The notes: generated by a model not told the origin, from the sequence alone. Shown: positions 38,881 to 49,385, numbered from the stretch's first letter. The stretch is 64,000 nt of DNA from Candidatus Harrisonbacteria bacterium (GCA_016867415.1 VGJO01000002.1:118472-182471), one strand, 5' to 3'. Numbers and translations are program-made.

Positions 38881-39960
38881 TTATATGCGAATCTCTTTTG
38901 GTAAAAGCGGCTGGGAAAGAATACCCATAAACTGGGGAAAATTTTCCACCGCGATTCCCGTCCCTCGAGCCACGCACGTAAGTGGATCATCTATGATATA
39001 CGTTGATACAAAAAGCTCCTTCGCGACCAGCTCATCAAATTTCTTAAGCATTGATCCTCCTCCGGAAAGAAACACTCCCCGCCGCAAGATATCCCCCGCA
39101 AGCTCCGGCGGAGAGATCTCCAAAACCTCGCGAATCGCATCTACAATCGTCTTCAGAGATCGGATAATTGCAGTCCGCACATGGATATCTTTCACTACCA
39201 CCTCCTTTGGAAGACCCGTCGCCAAATCTCTTCCTTGCACTGCCATCTCAAGCCGCTCCGTAAGGGGCATCGCCGAGCCAATCTGGACTTTGAGCTCCTC
39301 TGCTGTCGGCTCCCCAATTACTAAACGAAATTCATCTCGTACAAATCGGATAATCTCTTCATTAAGCTTGCCTCCGGCAATTTTCAGAGTCTTGCTCTTC
39401 ACCGTCCCATTCATGGAGATAATCGCAATCTCCGTAGTCCCCTCCCCAATATCCACAATCATGCTCGCCGTCGGCTCATCGATCGGCAACCGTGCTCCCA
39501 AAGAGACCGCCAGCGGTTCATCAATCAAATATGCCCTAGAAACTCCGGAAGAGACCACTACATCCTCCACCGACTTTCTTTCGACCTCCGTAAGATTAGA
39601 CGGCACCCCCACGACCGCTCGCCGGAAGTTACCAAAAGCCCCTCCCCCCAAAGCCTGTTTCAAAAAAGTCTTTAGAATCTCCTGAGTCACCTCAAAGTCA
39701 GAAATTACTCCGTTTACAATCGGCTTCACTACTTCTACATGCAAAGGCGTCCGTCCCATCATCTTCTTTGCCTCATCCCCCACCGCGATCACCTGCCCTG
39801 TCTTAGTATTGATGGCTGCAAGCGTCGCTTCTTTCACCACAATCCCGCTCCCTGCCACATAAATAAGCGTATGTGCCGTCCCTAAATCAATCCCTACATC
39901 CTTCGCAAAATAATGAAGAGGATTAAAACCAAATTCCGTCAACTTGGAAAAAGAAAACAT
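38881..39960 (-). CDS. mreB: Rod shape-determining protein MreB
   Basis: GIDLGTAHT, GVISDF, VDIGEGTTE, IGEPTAE.LK, LSGGGSML, CVARGTG. Confidence 0.97.
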   Translation of the reverse strand: MFSFSKLTEFGFNPLHYFAKDVGIDLGTAHTLIYVAGSGIVVKEATLAAINTKTGQVIAVGDEAKKMMGRTPLHVEVVKPIVNGVISDFEVTQEILKTFLKQALGGGAFGNFRRAVVGVPSNLTEVERKSVEDVVVSSGVSRAYLIDEPLAVSLGARLPIDEPTASMIVDIGEGTTEIAIISMNGTVKSKTLKIAGGKLNEEIIRFVRDEFRLVIGEPTAEELKVQIGSAMPLTERLEMAVQGRDLATGLPKEVVVKDIHVRTAIIRSLKTIVDAIREVLEISPPELAGDILRRGVFLSGGGSMLKKFDELVAKELFVSTYIIDDPLTCVARGTGIAVENFPQFMGILSQPLLPKEIRI

Positions 39961-40304
39961 CGTGCATACAAACTAATCTATCTCCTTTATTTTTTCAATC
40001 TCTCTTATTGTCATCCCGGGCTTAACTCGGAATCCAGTAATCTACCTCCAAAGGAGGTATTATAAGATTCCTTACCTTTTTCTCGTTTATAAAACATTAG
40101 ATAAAAAAATCCCATGCATTATTTGCATAATGCATGAGACAAACACCCTCCCTCGGAAAAATTTACCGAGAGAAAACAAACCAATTGATCGGGTTAGTGA
40201 GATCGCGGAGGTAAATGAGATTGGTAGTCTGCCAATCCTTTTCCTTCGCAAAAGTACAAGTAGACTACCGCTCGTCAAATACTCAGAGTTTCTTTACCTA
40301 GGGG

Positions 40305-40605
40305 TGAGCCTTTGTTTTTTAAAACAGAGGATACATTATCGATTGTACCCAATCGATATTGCATAAAAAAGTCCCCGACTTTTTACTCACCCCGTCTACC
40401 CTACCATCCTCACCTAATTCTAGCATCACCAAGAAATATTTCTCTCCCTTGAGTGACCATCCGCAGAAAAGTGGCATGGTTTTTTTGTGTTGTTATTTTG
40501 TCTTCCCTGCCCTCAAAAGAACAACACAAAAAACACTTTTCGAGGAAAGAATAAAAAATTCGCAGGAATTTTTTATGCGTCACGAAGAGGAGAGAAATAT
40601 TTCAA
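40305..40605. repeat. Family-2 structured repeat downstream of proS
   Basis: CCTTTGTTTT/AAAACAGAGG, ATCGATTG/CAATCGAT and AAAAAGTC/GACTTTTT hairpins; GAGTGACC...GTCACGAAG domain with two hairpins. Confidence 0.88.
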
Positions 40606-40623
40606 AAAATACCCAATACAAAA

Positions 40624-41823
40624 TTATCCAAAAACCCTCTTAATCATTTCTTCCTCCCCCACCACCTCACTCTTTGCTCTTCCTCTTTTCTTAATCTCCA
40701 CCTCCCCCTCTGGTACCCGATCCGAGATCACTATTCTATAAGGGCACCCGATCATATCCGCATCCACAAATTTTACTCCCGCCGGCTCCTCCCGGTCATC
40801 AAAAAGCACTTCATGTCCCTGAACTATTAATTTTTCATACAAATCCTTTGCTCGCTCCCGCGTCTTCTCCTCCTTCCCAAGCACCAAAAGATGTGCTTGA
40901 AACGGCGCCACGGCCTCCGGCCAGACGATCCCCTGCTCATCATGAGACACCTCGACAATCGTCCCTAAGACTCGTGTCGGCCCGATCCCATACGACGCCA
41001 TAAAAAACTTTTCTGAAAATCGCTTCCCTAGTCGGAAAATATTTCCCACCTCAATCGCCTTTTTCTCCTCTATCTTTCCCTTACTGCACTGCGGACACTG
41101 CTCTCCCGCGCCCACCTTAGCAATCTCTTTGTTCTGGCAAAAGCCACACCCCGCTTCGCAGACATAGATAAGATCCTCTCCCGACTCCGCCACCACCTGA
41201 AACTCATGTGTGTAGTCTTTAGTAAAATCCCCTCCCGAAGCTTCGCAGACAAGCGCCTGAAGGCCTACTCGCGCAAATACTCGCTTGTACGCCTCTGCCA
41301 CCACCTCGTAGTATGCGCGCATATCCGCCTCTGTCGCATGAAAACTATATAAGTCCTTCATGAGAAATTCCCGTCCGCGCAAAATACCGCTCTTCGCCCG
41401 CGCCTCTTTCCGAAACTTAGTCTGGATCTGATATACTGCCCTCGGCAAAAACTTTTCCGCCACCAAATATTTCTCGCCAATCTCTGCGATTACCTCCTCG
41501 TGCGTCCAGCCGAGTCCATATTCCTCTCCATCCGCCCCAGTAAGCTTGTAGACTACAGGCACTTCCCACCGTCCCGACTGCTCCCAAATTCGCTTCGGGA
41601 TCAAAGCCGGCATCGAGAGCTCCTCCGCTCCCACGCCATTCATCTCCTCTCGGATAATCGCATTGATTTTATGTAGTACTCGCTGCCCAAGAGGCAAAAG
41701 CGTATACACCCCTGCCGCCGTTTTTGACAGAAAGCCAGCCCGGATCAAATACCGCGCATTGATAGCCTCCTCATCCTTAGGCCACTGATCTAAGACCCGC
41801 GCAAACTGCCTAGACTGTAACAT
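40624..41823 (-). CDS. proS: Proline--tRNA ligase (short, no editing insertion)
   Basis: SGRW, THEE, YQIQTKFR.E.R...G.LRGREFLMKD.YSFH, IEVGNIF, MASYGIG. Confidence 0.98.
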   Translation of the reverse strand: MLQSRQFARVLDQWPKDEEAINARYLIRAGFLSKTAAGVYTLLPLGQRVLHKINAIIREEMNGVGAEELSMPALIPKRIWEQSGRWEVPVVYKLTGADGEEYGLGWTHEEVIAEIGEKYLVAEKFLPRAVYQIQTKFRKEARAKSGILRGREFLMKDLYSFHATEADMRAYYEVVAEAYKRVFARVGLQALVCEASGGDFTKDYTHEFQVVAESGEDLIYVCEAGCGFCQNKEIAKVGAGEQCPQCSKGKIEEKKAIEVGNIFRLGKRFSEKFFMASYGIGPTRVLGTIVEVSHDEQGIVWPEAVAPFQAHLLVLGKEEKTRERAKDLYEKLIVQGHEVLFDDREEPAGVKFVDADMIGCPYRIVISDRVPEGEVEIKKRGRAKSEVVGEEEMIKRVFG

Positions 41824-42125
41824 TTCTCCTTATTTTAATCTGATTAACCAAAATTGCCAATAAAACACATTAACTACTATCACATTTATTAATTTATTTT
41901 TAAGATGCTCTAGATCTTTAATAATCTATAAGCAGAGAAAAGGAGATGATTTTAAAGACACCTCGCTCCTCTCTTCTTTCTTTCTACTGGGAAAGAAGTG
42001 ATCTCCAATAAAAAAAGATTATTCTTTTTTCCCCTCTCTTCTTCAAGTAAGAGAAATCCAGAAAGGTAAAAAAACAACCCCTTTTCTCTGACCTCTCTCC
42101 ACCCGCCCACCTGGCAAGTTTTTCA

Positions 42126-43157
42126 TTACAAAAATCTAGTTATATCTTTCACCGTCACCAAAATTATCAAAAGGAAAAGCAACGCGAGTGACAAAGAATT
42201 CGCCGCCATCTGAAATTTTTCCGAAAGATTCCGTCCCCGCACTTTTTCAATGAGAAGAAAAAGTAATCGTCCCCCATCGAGCGCCGGTATTGGCAAGCTA
42301 TTAAGTACCGTAAGATTGATGGACAAAAGTCCTAAAAATTGAAAGAGGTATGCTATCCCCGAGGCATAGGTCCCTGCCCCCACTTCCACAATTCCCACCG
42401 GCCCCAAGACATCAGCCGGCAAAAAGAAAAGTTGTGTCAGAGAAATGAGGATGAGAAAGACCATCTTAAACGCCATTAATAATCCTTCATAAGCACTAGA
42501 AAAAAACCCTCTTTGCTCTACCCCCGCGAATTCGGATAAAGCCACTCCCAAAGCTCCTTTATCTTCATGAGACACAAGAGGAATTACTGGTGTCAGTACC
42601 ATCTCTTTTCCCTTCCGTCGTATGGTAAGTGCTGCTTCTTTCCCTTGATGCGCCTTGATATATTCTACAAACACCCTTGAATCAGGAAAACCAATCACCT
42701 CATCGCCCACCATAAGTCCCGCCGCAAGCGCCGGAGATTCTGGAAAGATCTTATCAATAATAATCCGAGGCATCGTCCCGATCATAAACACCAGCGCAAA
42801 AAGCAGCCATCCAAAAAGAAAATTCATGATGACTCCGGCCGCCAGCACCACCGCCTTCGCTCCCGGCCTTGCTGCCACAAAACTCTCCTCTTTAGTAAAA
42901 AAAGCTTGAACAGCATTTTGATCTTCGTCTTTTCCAGTCACTTCTCCGTTTTCTTCGAAAATCTTTACAAATCCGCCAAGAAAAATGAGTCCGAGCGAAT
43001 ATACCGTCCGTCCAATCTTTTTTTGCAAAATCCGTGGCGGAAATCCGATAGCAAATTCAATCACCCCCATCCCATAATACTTAGCCGCCAAAAAATGTCC
43101 CAGTTCATGAACAAAAACCAGTGCCGACAAGCCCAAGAGCACTAAAAGAATTCCCAT
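42126..43157 (-). CDS. rseP: RIP metalloprotease RseP (M50) with PDZ domain
   Basis: HELGH, FAIGF, AGVIMN, N.LPIPALDGG. Confidence 0.95.
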   Translation of the reverse strand: MGILLVLLGLSALVFVHELGHFLAAKYYGMGVIEFAIGFPPRILQKKIGRTVYSLGLIFLGGFVKIFEENGEVTGKDEDQNAVQAFFTKEESFVAARPGAKAVVLAAGVIMNFLFGWLLFALVFMIGTMPRIIIDKIFPESPALAAGLMVGDEVIGFPDSRVFVEYIKAHQGKEAALTIRRKGKEMVLTPVIPLVSHEDKGALGVALSEFAGVEQRGFFSSAYEGLLMAFKMVFLILISLTQLFFLPADVLGPVGIVEVGAGTYASGIAYLFQFLGLLSINLTVLNSLPIPALDGGRLLFLLIEKVRGRNLSEKFQMAANSLSLALLFLLIILVTVKDITRFL

Positions 43158-43168
43158 CGCTTCAATAA

Positions 43169-43723
43169 TTAATTATTTGCTAACTCCTCGCTTTTTTTTC
43201 TTATCATCTCCTCGATCATCTTATTCCCGCCATTAATCACCTCCTGAATCTCCGACAAAGTCCGAAATCGCTGATCCTCGCTGATAAGCCCCTCCGCCTC
43301 CACTCTCTTTACCATCTTGTTTGCTTCATCTCGGACCCATCGCAAGCGAATTCGGGTCTCCTCCGCCATCTTGCCAATAAGCTTAATAAGTTCTTTTCGC
43401 CGTTCCTCCGAGAGAGCCGGTAAATTGATCCGGATCGACGCGCCCGCCACCGACGGATTCACCCCAATCCCCGCGTTTTCGATCGCTTTCGCCACATCAT
43501 TTGCTGCACCCGCATCCCAAACACTGATCTGAATTTCCCGCGGCGGCACAATTGAGATTGATCCCAAGGCTTTTATGGGCATCCTTTGCCCAAAATACTC
43601 CACCTGAATATCTTCGACAAGCTTAGTGCTCGGCCGATTGCTCCGCACTCCCCCAAACTCACCCTTAAGATGCTCCACCACCTTACTGACTTCTTCCTTT
43701 ATTTTTTTTATCTCCAGTTCCAT
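43169..43723 (-). CDS. frr: Ribosome recycling factor
   Basis: RS.R....LVEDI.VEYFG, LPALSEERRKEL.K. Confidence 0.97.
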   Translation of the reverse strand: MELEIKKIKEEVSKVVEHLKGEFGGVRSNRPSTKLVEDIQVEYFGQRMPIKALGSISIVPPREIQISVWDAGAANDVAKAIENAGIGVNPSVAGASIRINLPALSEERRKELIKLIGKMAEETRIRLRWVRDEANKMVKRVEAEGLISEDQRFRTLSEIQEVINGGNKMIEEMIRKKSEELANN

Positions 43724-43920
43724 ATACATTATCATTCCGGCTTTGCCTCATCTTGGTGTACTCGCAGCGGCAAAACCCATAATCCATTTTTCTGTCTCTC
43801 CTTAAAGAGGCAAGTTTACAATAATCCTACCTTTTTCAAAACATCATTATAAAATAAATCACCACAAATATAAAGACATTGGATACAAATATAAAAAAAG
43901 TGCTCCAAAAAACAAAATCA

Positions 43921-44643
43921 CTACCCACTGAAAGATTCCTTCCATGCTTCAAGCTGTAATCGTTTATTAAGTGGCGATCGGGAAAACCCCTGATAAAGAG
44001 ACACAAGTCCCCGCAAAGCCTTTGCATACTTTTCCGAATCCCGAGACAAAATATACATTCCCGCCCGCAAAAAATCAAAGATATCAAAGGCTACCTCACT
44101 CGCCGCCATCTCTTTAATAAAGGCCATCCGCCCCGCATCTTTACTTCGCATAAACTTTTCAAACTTCTCCACCCACTCTTCTTTAGTAAAGATCTTACCC
44201 CCTGACATGTCAGGGAAAAAATATTGCTGCGCCCGTGATCGGATCGGCGAAAGAAGCCGCCCCGCCTCTGCAGTAACTAGAAGTATCATTCCATCCTTCG
44301 GTGGCTCTTCGAGAATCTTCAAAATAGCATTCTGTGCCGCCCCAGTCATCCTCTCTGCTCCCATTACAACAAGCAATCGCTTCTTCCCTCGCCCCTTCCC
44401 TAAAAAAAGAAACCGTCTCCCTTCTCGCGCCGTCTCAATCCCAATCGATCCCGATTCATTCGGCCGGATCATCATACTGTCAGATAAAACTCCTTTATAT
44501 TCCTGCCACTCTCCTGTCTCGAGATACCCCATCATTCCCCCCAGAAATTCCTCCGTCACCCCCCCGGAAAATAAACAAGCATGCGGCAACCCGCCCTGCA
44601 TCACCTGCCCCTTCACAAACTCCTTCACCCCTGCTCCTCTCAT
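43921..44643 (-). CDS. holB: DNA polymerase III delta-prime-like subunit (short)
   Basis: LPHACLFSG, AERMT.AAQNAILKILEEPP, LL.PIRSR. Confidence 0.8.
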   Translation of the reverse strand: MRGAGVKEFVKGQVMQGGLPHACLFSGGVTEEFLGGMMGYLETGEWQEYKGVLSDSMMIRPNESGSIGIETAREGRRFLFLGKGRGKKRLLVVMGAERMTGAAQNAILKILEEPPKDGMILLVTAEAGRLLSPIRSRAQQYFFPDMSGGKIFTKEEWVEKFEKFMRSKDAGRMAFIKEMAASEVAFDIFDFLRAGMYILSRDSEKYAKALRGLVSLYQGFSRSPLNKRLQLEAWKESFSG

Positions 44644-44802
44644 AGTCTTTTCTATACTAATCCCTTTTCCTTTAAAAATAAAAAGGTTGGCGCGAAATGT
44701 AAGCCTACCTAGGGATGAGTCTCTCTTAAAGGGAGAATAGAAAAACTTATATTTCTCTCCTTGCTTTTATCTACACCATTCATGTATTTTATAAACACTT
44801 CC

Positions 44803-45816
44803 ATGCCCATGTTTGTCCGAAAAATTGGTATTGATCTTGGCACGGTAAATACCGTCGTCTATGCAGAAGGCCTTGGTTTTGTGGTCAATGAGCCCACAAT
44901 AGTTGCTCTTTCCTACCCCGACAACACCGTCATCGCCGTCGGTCGCGAAGCAAAGGAAATGGTGGGCAAGACTCCCGAAGACATCGTCGCTTACCGTCCA
45001 CTCAAAGACGGTGTCATCGCTGACTATTATATTACGCGCGCGATGCTCAAGTATTTCATTAGTAAAGCTCTGGGTAATTTTAATTTTTTCAAACCCGATC
45101 TGGTAATCAGCGCTCCCGCTGGCATCACCCCTAACGAAAAAAGAGCGATTACAAACGCCGCCTTGGAATCAGGTGCGAAGACCGTTGCTATAGTAAAAGA
45201 GCCTATCCTCGCCGCTCTTGGTGCTGGCATCCCGATCAACTCTCACTCGGGTAATATGATCATCAATATCGGCGGTGGCACGGCTGAAGTCGCAGTCATC
45301 TCCTTAGGCTCCGTCGTCTCCTGGTCATCGCTACGCGTCGCCGGAAACAAATTTGATCAAGCGATTATCGATCTTATTAAACGAAAATATTCTCTCTCTA
45401 TTGGCGAGCAAACCGCCGAAACTATCAAAATCCAGATCGGCGCCGCCCTCCCCGCCCGCCAAAAGCTCGAAATGGAGACTCGCGGTCGCGACCTCATCTC
45501 CGGCCTGCCAAAAAATATCATAGTCAATTCCAATGAAATCGCCGAAGCCTTGAATCCCCACCTCATGGATATTGCCACCGCCGCTCAAAATGTCTTCAAC
45601 AATACCCCGCCCGAGCTCGTCGCCGACGTTATGGAAAAAGGCATTATTATCTCTGGTGGCGGCGCCCAGATCCGCTACATTGATGAGTTCTTCAAGCGGA
45701 TGCTTGGCGTCGAGGCCTACATCGCCGAAGAGCCTCTTTTCTGCGTCGCCAAAGGATCCTCTCTCATCCTCTCCCACCTCGACACATACAAACGCACCCT
45801 CTTAAACAAAAGATAA
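44803..45816 (+). CDS. mreB: Second MreB/Mbl-family actin homolog
   Basis: GIDLGTVNT, RPLKDGVIADY, NIGGGTAE, IGEQTAE.IK, PPELVAD, CVAKG. Confidence 0.93.
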   Translation: MPMFVRKIGIDLGTVNTVVYAEGLGFVVNEPTIVALSYPDNTVIAVGREAKEMVGKTPEDIVAYRPLKDGVIADYYITRAMLKYFISKALGNFNFFKPDLVISAPAGITPNEKRAITNAALESGAKTVAIVKEPILAALGAGIPINSHSGNMIINIGGGTAEVAVISLGSVVSWSSLRVAGNKFDQAIIDLIKRKYSLSIGEQTAETIKIQIGAALPARQKLEMETRGRDLISGLPKNIIVNSNEIAEALNPHLMDIATAAQNVFNNTPPELVADVMEKGIIISGGGAQIRYIDEFFKRMLGVEAYIAEEPLFCVAKGSSLILSHLDTYKRTLLNKR

Positions 45817-45825
45817 AAAAAATTA

Positions 45826-45920
45826 TTTTTGAAGCCTGAATGAAAGCTTGCTGGATCATAGGACTTTTTGTGCTCTAATAGTCTGAAGATCCACAGTACT
45901 TGGGGGCCTTTCATGTATTG
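45826..45920. repeat. Partial family-2 element with a nested module also found at 59620-59670
   Basis: GAAGCCTGAATGAAAGC...GCCTTTCATGT; nested CTCTAAT.G.CTGAAGATCC..AGTACT..GGGG. Confidence 0.7.
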
Positions 45921-45980
45921 GGAAAAACTTGAGCTTATTTTTTTCCTCTCCCTCTAAATTACTATCTACTAGCCACTGCT

Positions 45981-47276
45981 TTATTTTTCTCTTACTATCT
46001 CTGCCCCCAACACCCTCAATCTCCCATCAATCTCGGCATACCCCCGATCGATTTCCTCTACCCCAGAAATTACTGACTCTCCCTCAGCAATCAAAGCTGC
46101 AATGAGATTCACCATCCCTGATCGCAAATCCCGCACCGTCGTCTCTACCGCAATAAGATTCGTCGGCCCTTCAATCACTGCCACATGCCGAAATCCTTTT
46201 CCACTATAGTGACATTCCTCCCCTTTCGGACACTCGGTCTTAATCTCTATCTTTGCTCCCATCGCAATAAGATCATCAGCGTAATGAAACCGATCTTCAT
46301 AGATCGTCTCATGCATCACCGATCTTCCCTTCGCCTGCGTAAGCAAGGCCACAAATGGCTGCTGCCAATCCGTCATAAAGCCCGGATGGGGCGCCGTCAT
46401 AATCTCCGTCCCGATAAGCTCCTTTGCCCGGAAAAAACGAATTCCTTCTTCCTTTACCTCATACTCTCCTCCTACTCGCCGAAATGCATTTAGAAAATTA
46501 ATAAGAGTATCTTGCCTTGCCCCTTTGGCAAAAATATCTCCATTAGTCGCCGCCGCAAGGCAAGCAAAAGATACTACCTCATTTCTGTCCGTGATCACCT
46601 CATGCGTCACGCCATGAAGTTTCTTTACCCCTTCAATAAAAATTTTCCGATCCACCCCCATTTCAATAATTGCTCCCATTTTCTGGAGCATCTTAATAAG
46701 TTCCATTATCTCTGGTTCTACCGCCGCTCCAGTAATTATCGTCTTTCCCGAAGCCAAAACTGCTGCTAAAAGAGTATTCTCAGTCGCTCCTACTGATGGA
46801 AATGAGAGATGAATCTCCGCTCCATGCAGACCCTCCAACGCCTCAGCGTAGTAGGTATGATCGCGCACCTCAATCCTTGCTCCTAGTTTTTGAAGCGCTT
46901 CGATATGCAAATTTACTGGCCTCGCCCCAATCTTATCCCCCCCCAAAAATGGCACTTCCACTCTTCCCACTCGAGCAAGAAGAGGCCCAAAAGCCAAAAT
47001 AGGGATTCGATTTCTCCGCGACAAAGTGAGCGCCTGAAAATTTTCTATTTTTTCCGTCCGAATCCGAAGACTATCTCCCTCGTGAATAATGTCACTCCCA
47101 AAAACACTCAAGAGTTCTTCGGTAATCTCAATATCCCCAATTTTAGGAAAATTATTCAGCACACATTCTTCATCAGTAAGAAGCGAAGCGATCATCATCT
47201 TCGTCGCCGCATTTTTCGCTCCAGAAATATTCGCCTCTCCCCTCAGCGCTTTTCCACCCCGAACCCTGAATTTCAT
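45981..47276 (-). CDS. murA: UDP-N-acetylglucosamine 1-carboxyvinyltransferase
   Basis: SGAKNA, GGDKIGARP, SVGATEN, EPEI, PGF.TD.Q, DLR, IDRGY. Confidence 0.98.
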   Translation of the reverse strand: MKFRVRGGKALRGEANISGAKNAATKMMIASLLTDEECVLNNFPKIGDIEITEELLSVFGSDIIHEGDSLRIRTEKIENFQALTLSRRNRIPILAFGPLLARVGRVEVPFLGGDKIGARPVNLHIEALQKLGARIEVRDHTYYAEALEGLHGAEIHLSFPSVGATENTLLAAVLASGKTIITGAAVEPEIMELIKMLQKMGAIIEMGVDRKIFIEGVKKLHGVTHEVITDRNEVVSFACLAAATNGDIFAKGARQDTLINFLNAFRRVGGEYEVKEEGIRFFRAKELIGTEIMTAPHPGFMTDWQQPFVALLTQAKGRSVMHETIYEDRFHYADDLIAMGAKIEIKTECPKGEECHYSGKGFRHVAVIEGPTNLIAVETTVRDLRSGMVNLIAALIAEGESVISGVEEIDRGYAEIDGRLRVLGAEIVREK

Positions 47277-47505
47277 ATATTGTATGAATGTAACCTAAAA
47301 AAACCTTTCCGGCAATTTACGGCGTAGCTATAAGCATACTCGCTTCAATTTGCTCCACCTCTTGAAGCGATAAAATCAATCACACCAATCAAAATATCCG
47401 TACTCCCCGCTCTCTCCTCTTGAGAAAAATTCGCGCCGCCCACGTTGACCTCGATGAACCCCGATCAAAAAGCCATTTGTACTCAATATTCCGTATCCCC
47501 TTTCT

Positions 47506-48939
47506 TTAAGGGAATTGATGCAAAAAATCAAAAAAGTGGTAGATGGCAGGTGGCAGTATCGGTAGTAATGATTGCAGTAATAGTAGTGATAATGCAGGTG
47601 CAGGTGCAGGTGCAGGTGTAGGTGCAGGTGTAGGTGCAGGTGTAGGTGTAGATGTAGGTTCAGGTGTAGGTGTAGGTGTAGGAGTAGGTGTAGGAGTAGG
47701 TGTAGGAGTAGGAGGAGGAGCAGGAGGAGGAGCAGGAGGAGGAGGAGGAGGTGGAGGAGGAGGAGGAGGAGGTGGAGGTGGAGGTGGAGGTGGAGGTGGA
47801 GGAGGAGGTGGAGGTGGAGGTGGAGGTGGAGGAGGAGTAAGTTCAGTTGCATGAGGAGGTTCAGGTGTAGGTTCAGGTGTAGGTTCAAGTGTAGGTGAGC
47901 CGTCTACTAGGGCGCCGCCATCGCCGCCATTGCCGCGATTGCCGCCATCGCCACCATTGCCACCATTGCCACCATTGCCGCCATTGCCGCCATTGCCGCG
48001 ATTGCCGCCATTGCCGCCATCGCCGCCATTGCCGCCATCGCCTGTATTGCCTGTATTGTCTGTATTGCCTGTGAATCCAGTCAACTTTGAAATTTCATTT
48101 AATATTAGTTTACGTTCATCAGAATCTCTCAAAAATTTTTCGGCTATTTTTTCAATTTTCGCTTCTATTTCGGCTTGGCTTTTTGGTGACCAAGATTCAA
48201 TAGCGGCAGGCAAAGAACTGGCTTCAATAAAACTATCATTGATGAATACTGGCACTTCTTCTCTCCTTGATTCTCCTCCATACGCTTGGGCTGTTAACCT
48301 CCCCATTTCATTGTTCTTATTCGAAGCAAATCCCCGTTTCCATCCCAATTTTTGCTCTATCCATCTGACCACCCACTGCTCAAAGGATTCGGCCGCTGCC
48401 GCATTCGCCTGCAAGCTTGCGAATCGGACACCCACCGAATAACTCCCGAAAGTATAGTGGTAAAAAAACAATGTATCTTCATTTGTATCCGGATTAATTC
48501 CATTTTTCCCGTTTTGTGGATCAATCGGCAAAGCATCAATCTGAATCCCAGGAATCTGCCGAAAATCAATTGGTAGCCAACCACTTCCATCAATCTGCGT
48601 AAGTCGCTCTTTTGGCACACATCGGTAATCATACCCCTCCGCTAATTGAAGCAAACCCCGATCTCTCCAATAGCCACAAGTCGGATCATCATCTGGTAAG
48701 GAAACATAGACAAGCCGCCGCTCCCCTAAAAGAGCATATTGAGCCTGCTCATCTATAAAGCTAATAAGTTGAGAAAGAAACTTAAGATCTTTATTGCGTT
48801 GCCGATCTACCTGAAAACGAAAAAATTCCAAAGGATTAATCGTCACCGAAAATACCCCTGCAATAAGAAAAAAAGACACCCCGATAAGCAAGGCTTTCAC
48901 CGGAAAAGATAAACGCTCGAGCCTCTGCATGAGCTCCAT
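47506..48939 (-). CDS. Pilin-like N-terminus fused to Gly/Asn repeats and a poly-Pro/Pro-Thr tail
   Basis: Hydrophobic helix-INP...D.QR..DL, VYVSLPD, IDGSGWLPIDF, LPIDP.N; low-complexity C-terminus. Confidence 0.65.
   Translation of the reverse strand: MELMQRLERLSFPVKALLIGVSFFLIAGVFSVTINPLEFFRFQVDRQRNKDLKFLSQLISFIDEQAQYALLGERRLVYVSLPDDDPTCGYWRDRGLLQLAEGYDYRCVPKERLTQIDGSGWLPIDFRQIPGIQIDALPIDPQNGKNGINPDTNEDTLFFYHYTFGSYSVGVRFASLQANAAAAESFEQWVVRWIEQKLGWKRGFASNKNNEMGRLTAQAYGGESRREEVPVFINDSFIEASSLPAAIESWSPKSQAEIEAKIEKIAEKFLRDSDERKLILNEISKLTGFTGNTDNTGNTGDGGNGGDGGNGGNRGNGGNGGNGGNGGNGGDGGNRGNGGDGGALVDGSPTLEPTPEPTPEPPHATELTPPPPPPPPPPPPPPPPPPPPPPPPPPPPPPPPPPAPPPAPPPTPTPTPTPTPTPTPTPEPTSTPTPAPTPAPTPAPAPAPALSLLLLQSLLPILPPAIYHFFDFLHQFP
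47590..48070. repeat. Low-complexity coding tandem repeats
   Basis: (TGCAGG/TGTAGG)n, (AGG/TGG)n and (GCCGCCATT)n arrays. Confidence 0.95.
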
Positions 48940-48962
48940 AAAAAAAGTATATCACTAAAAAA

Positions 48963-49385
48963 TTATTTATTCTCCACAAACGCCTTCTTTCTAGGCCAAA
49001 AAAAACTAAAAAATACGAGCGCACCAGAAAGATCATTCATGAAATCAGTCATAGTGTCCGGCAAGCCTGGCTGAAGAAAATGTTTTTGTAAATAAAGATC
49101 GCCTAGGAATTCATACCCTTCCCACAGCACCGAAAAAAGCGCCACAAATGAGAGACCAAAAAAAAGCCGCAACCACGGCTTCCCTAAAGTCTCAGCAATT
49201 CCAGTCCGATAGATAAAAAAATCAAAAAGAGATGCAAGCCATACCCCTCCTGAAAAGTGTAAAATATTATCTGTCCAAAGTGATTGGAAATGCCAGCCAA
49301 AATAAAGCGTCAACCAAAAACCAAAAACTAAGACAAAAGAGAAAAGAGCGGCCCTTCGGGCCGTCACTTTTATCGCTTGCTCCAC
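48963..49385 (-). CDS. Integral membrane protein (VanZ/DUF2238-like)
   Basis: DNILHF.GG, VLWEGYEF, DTMTD...D..GA. Confidence 0.7.
   Translation of the reverse strand: MEQAIKVTARRAALFSFVLVFGFWLTLYFGWHFQSLWTDNILHFSGGVWLASLFDFFIYRTGIAETLGKPWLRLFFGLSFVALFSVLWEGYEFLGDLYLQKHFLQPGLPDTMTDFMNDLSGALVFFSFFWPRKKAFVENK

Noticed and set aside
34959-39960. Long + strand ORFs antisense to tpiA and mreB (and similar ones opposite dnaE and gyrB)
   Set aside because: They are antisense shadows of well-conserved genes.
41960-42120. Possible decayed family-2 left half downstream of rseP
   Set aside because: Only weak hairpin and C-rich similarity; too degenerate to call.
47376-48442. Poly-Leu/His, poly-Gly and LPP alternative-frame ORFs
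   Set aside because: They are shadow frames of the low-complexity tract of 47506-48939.
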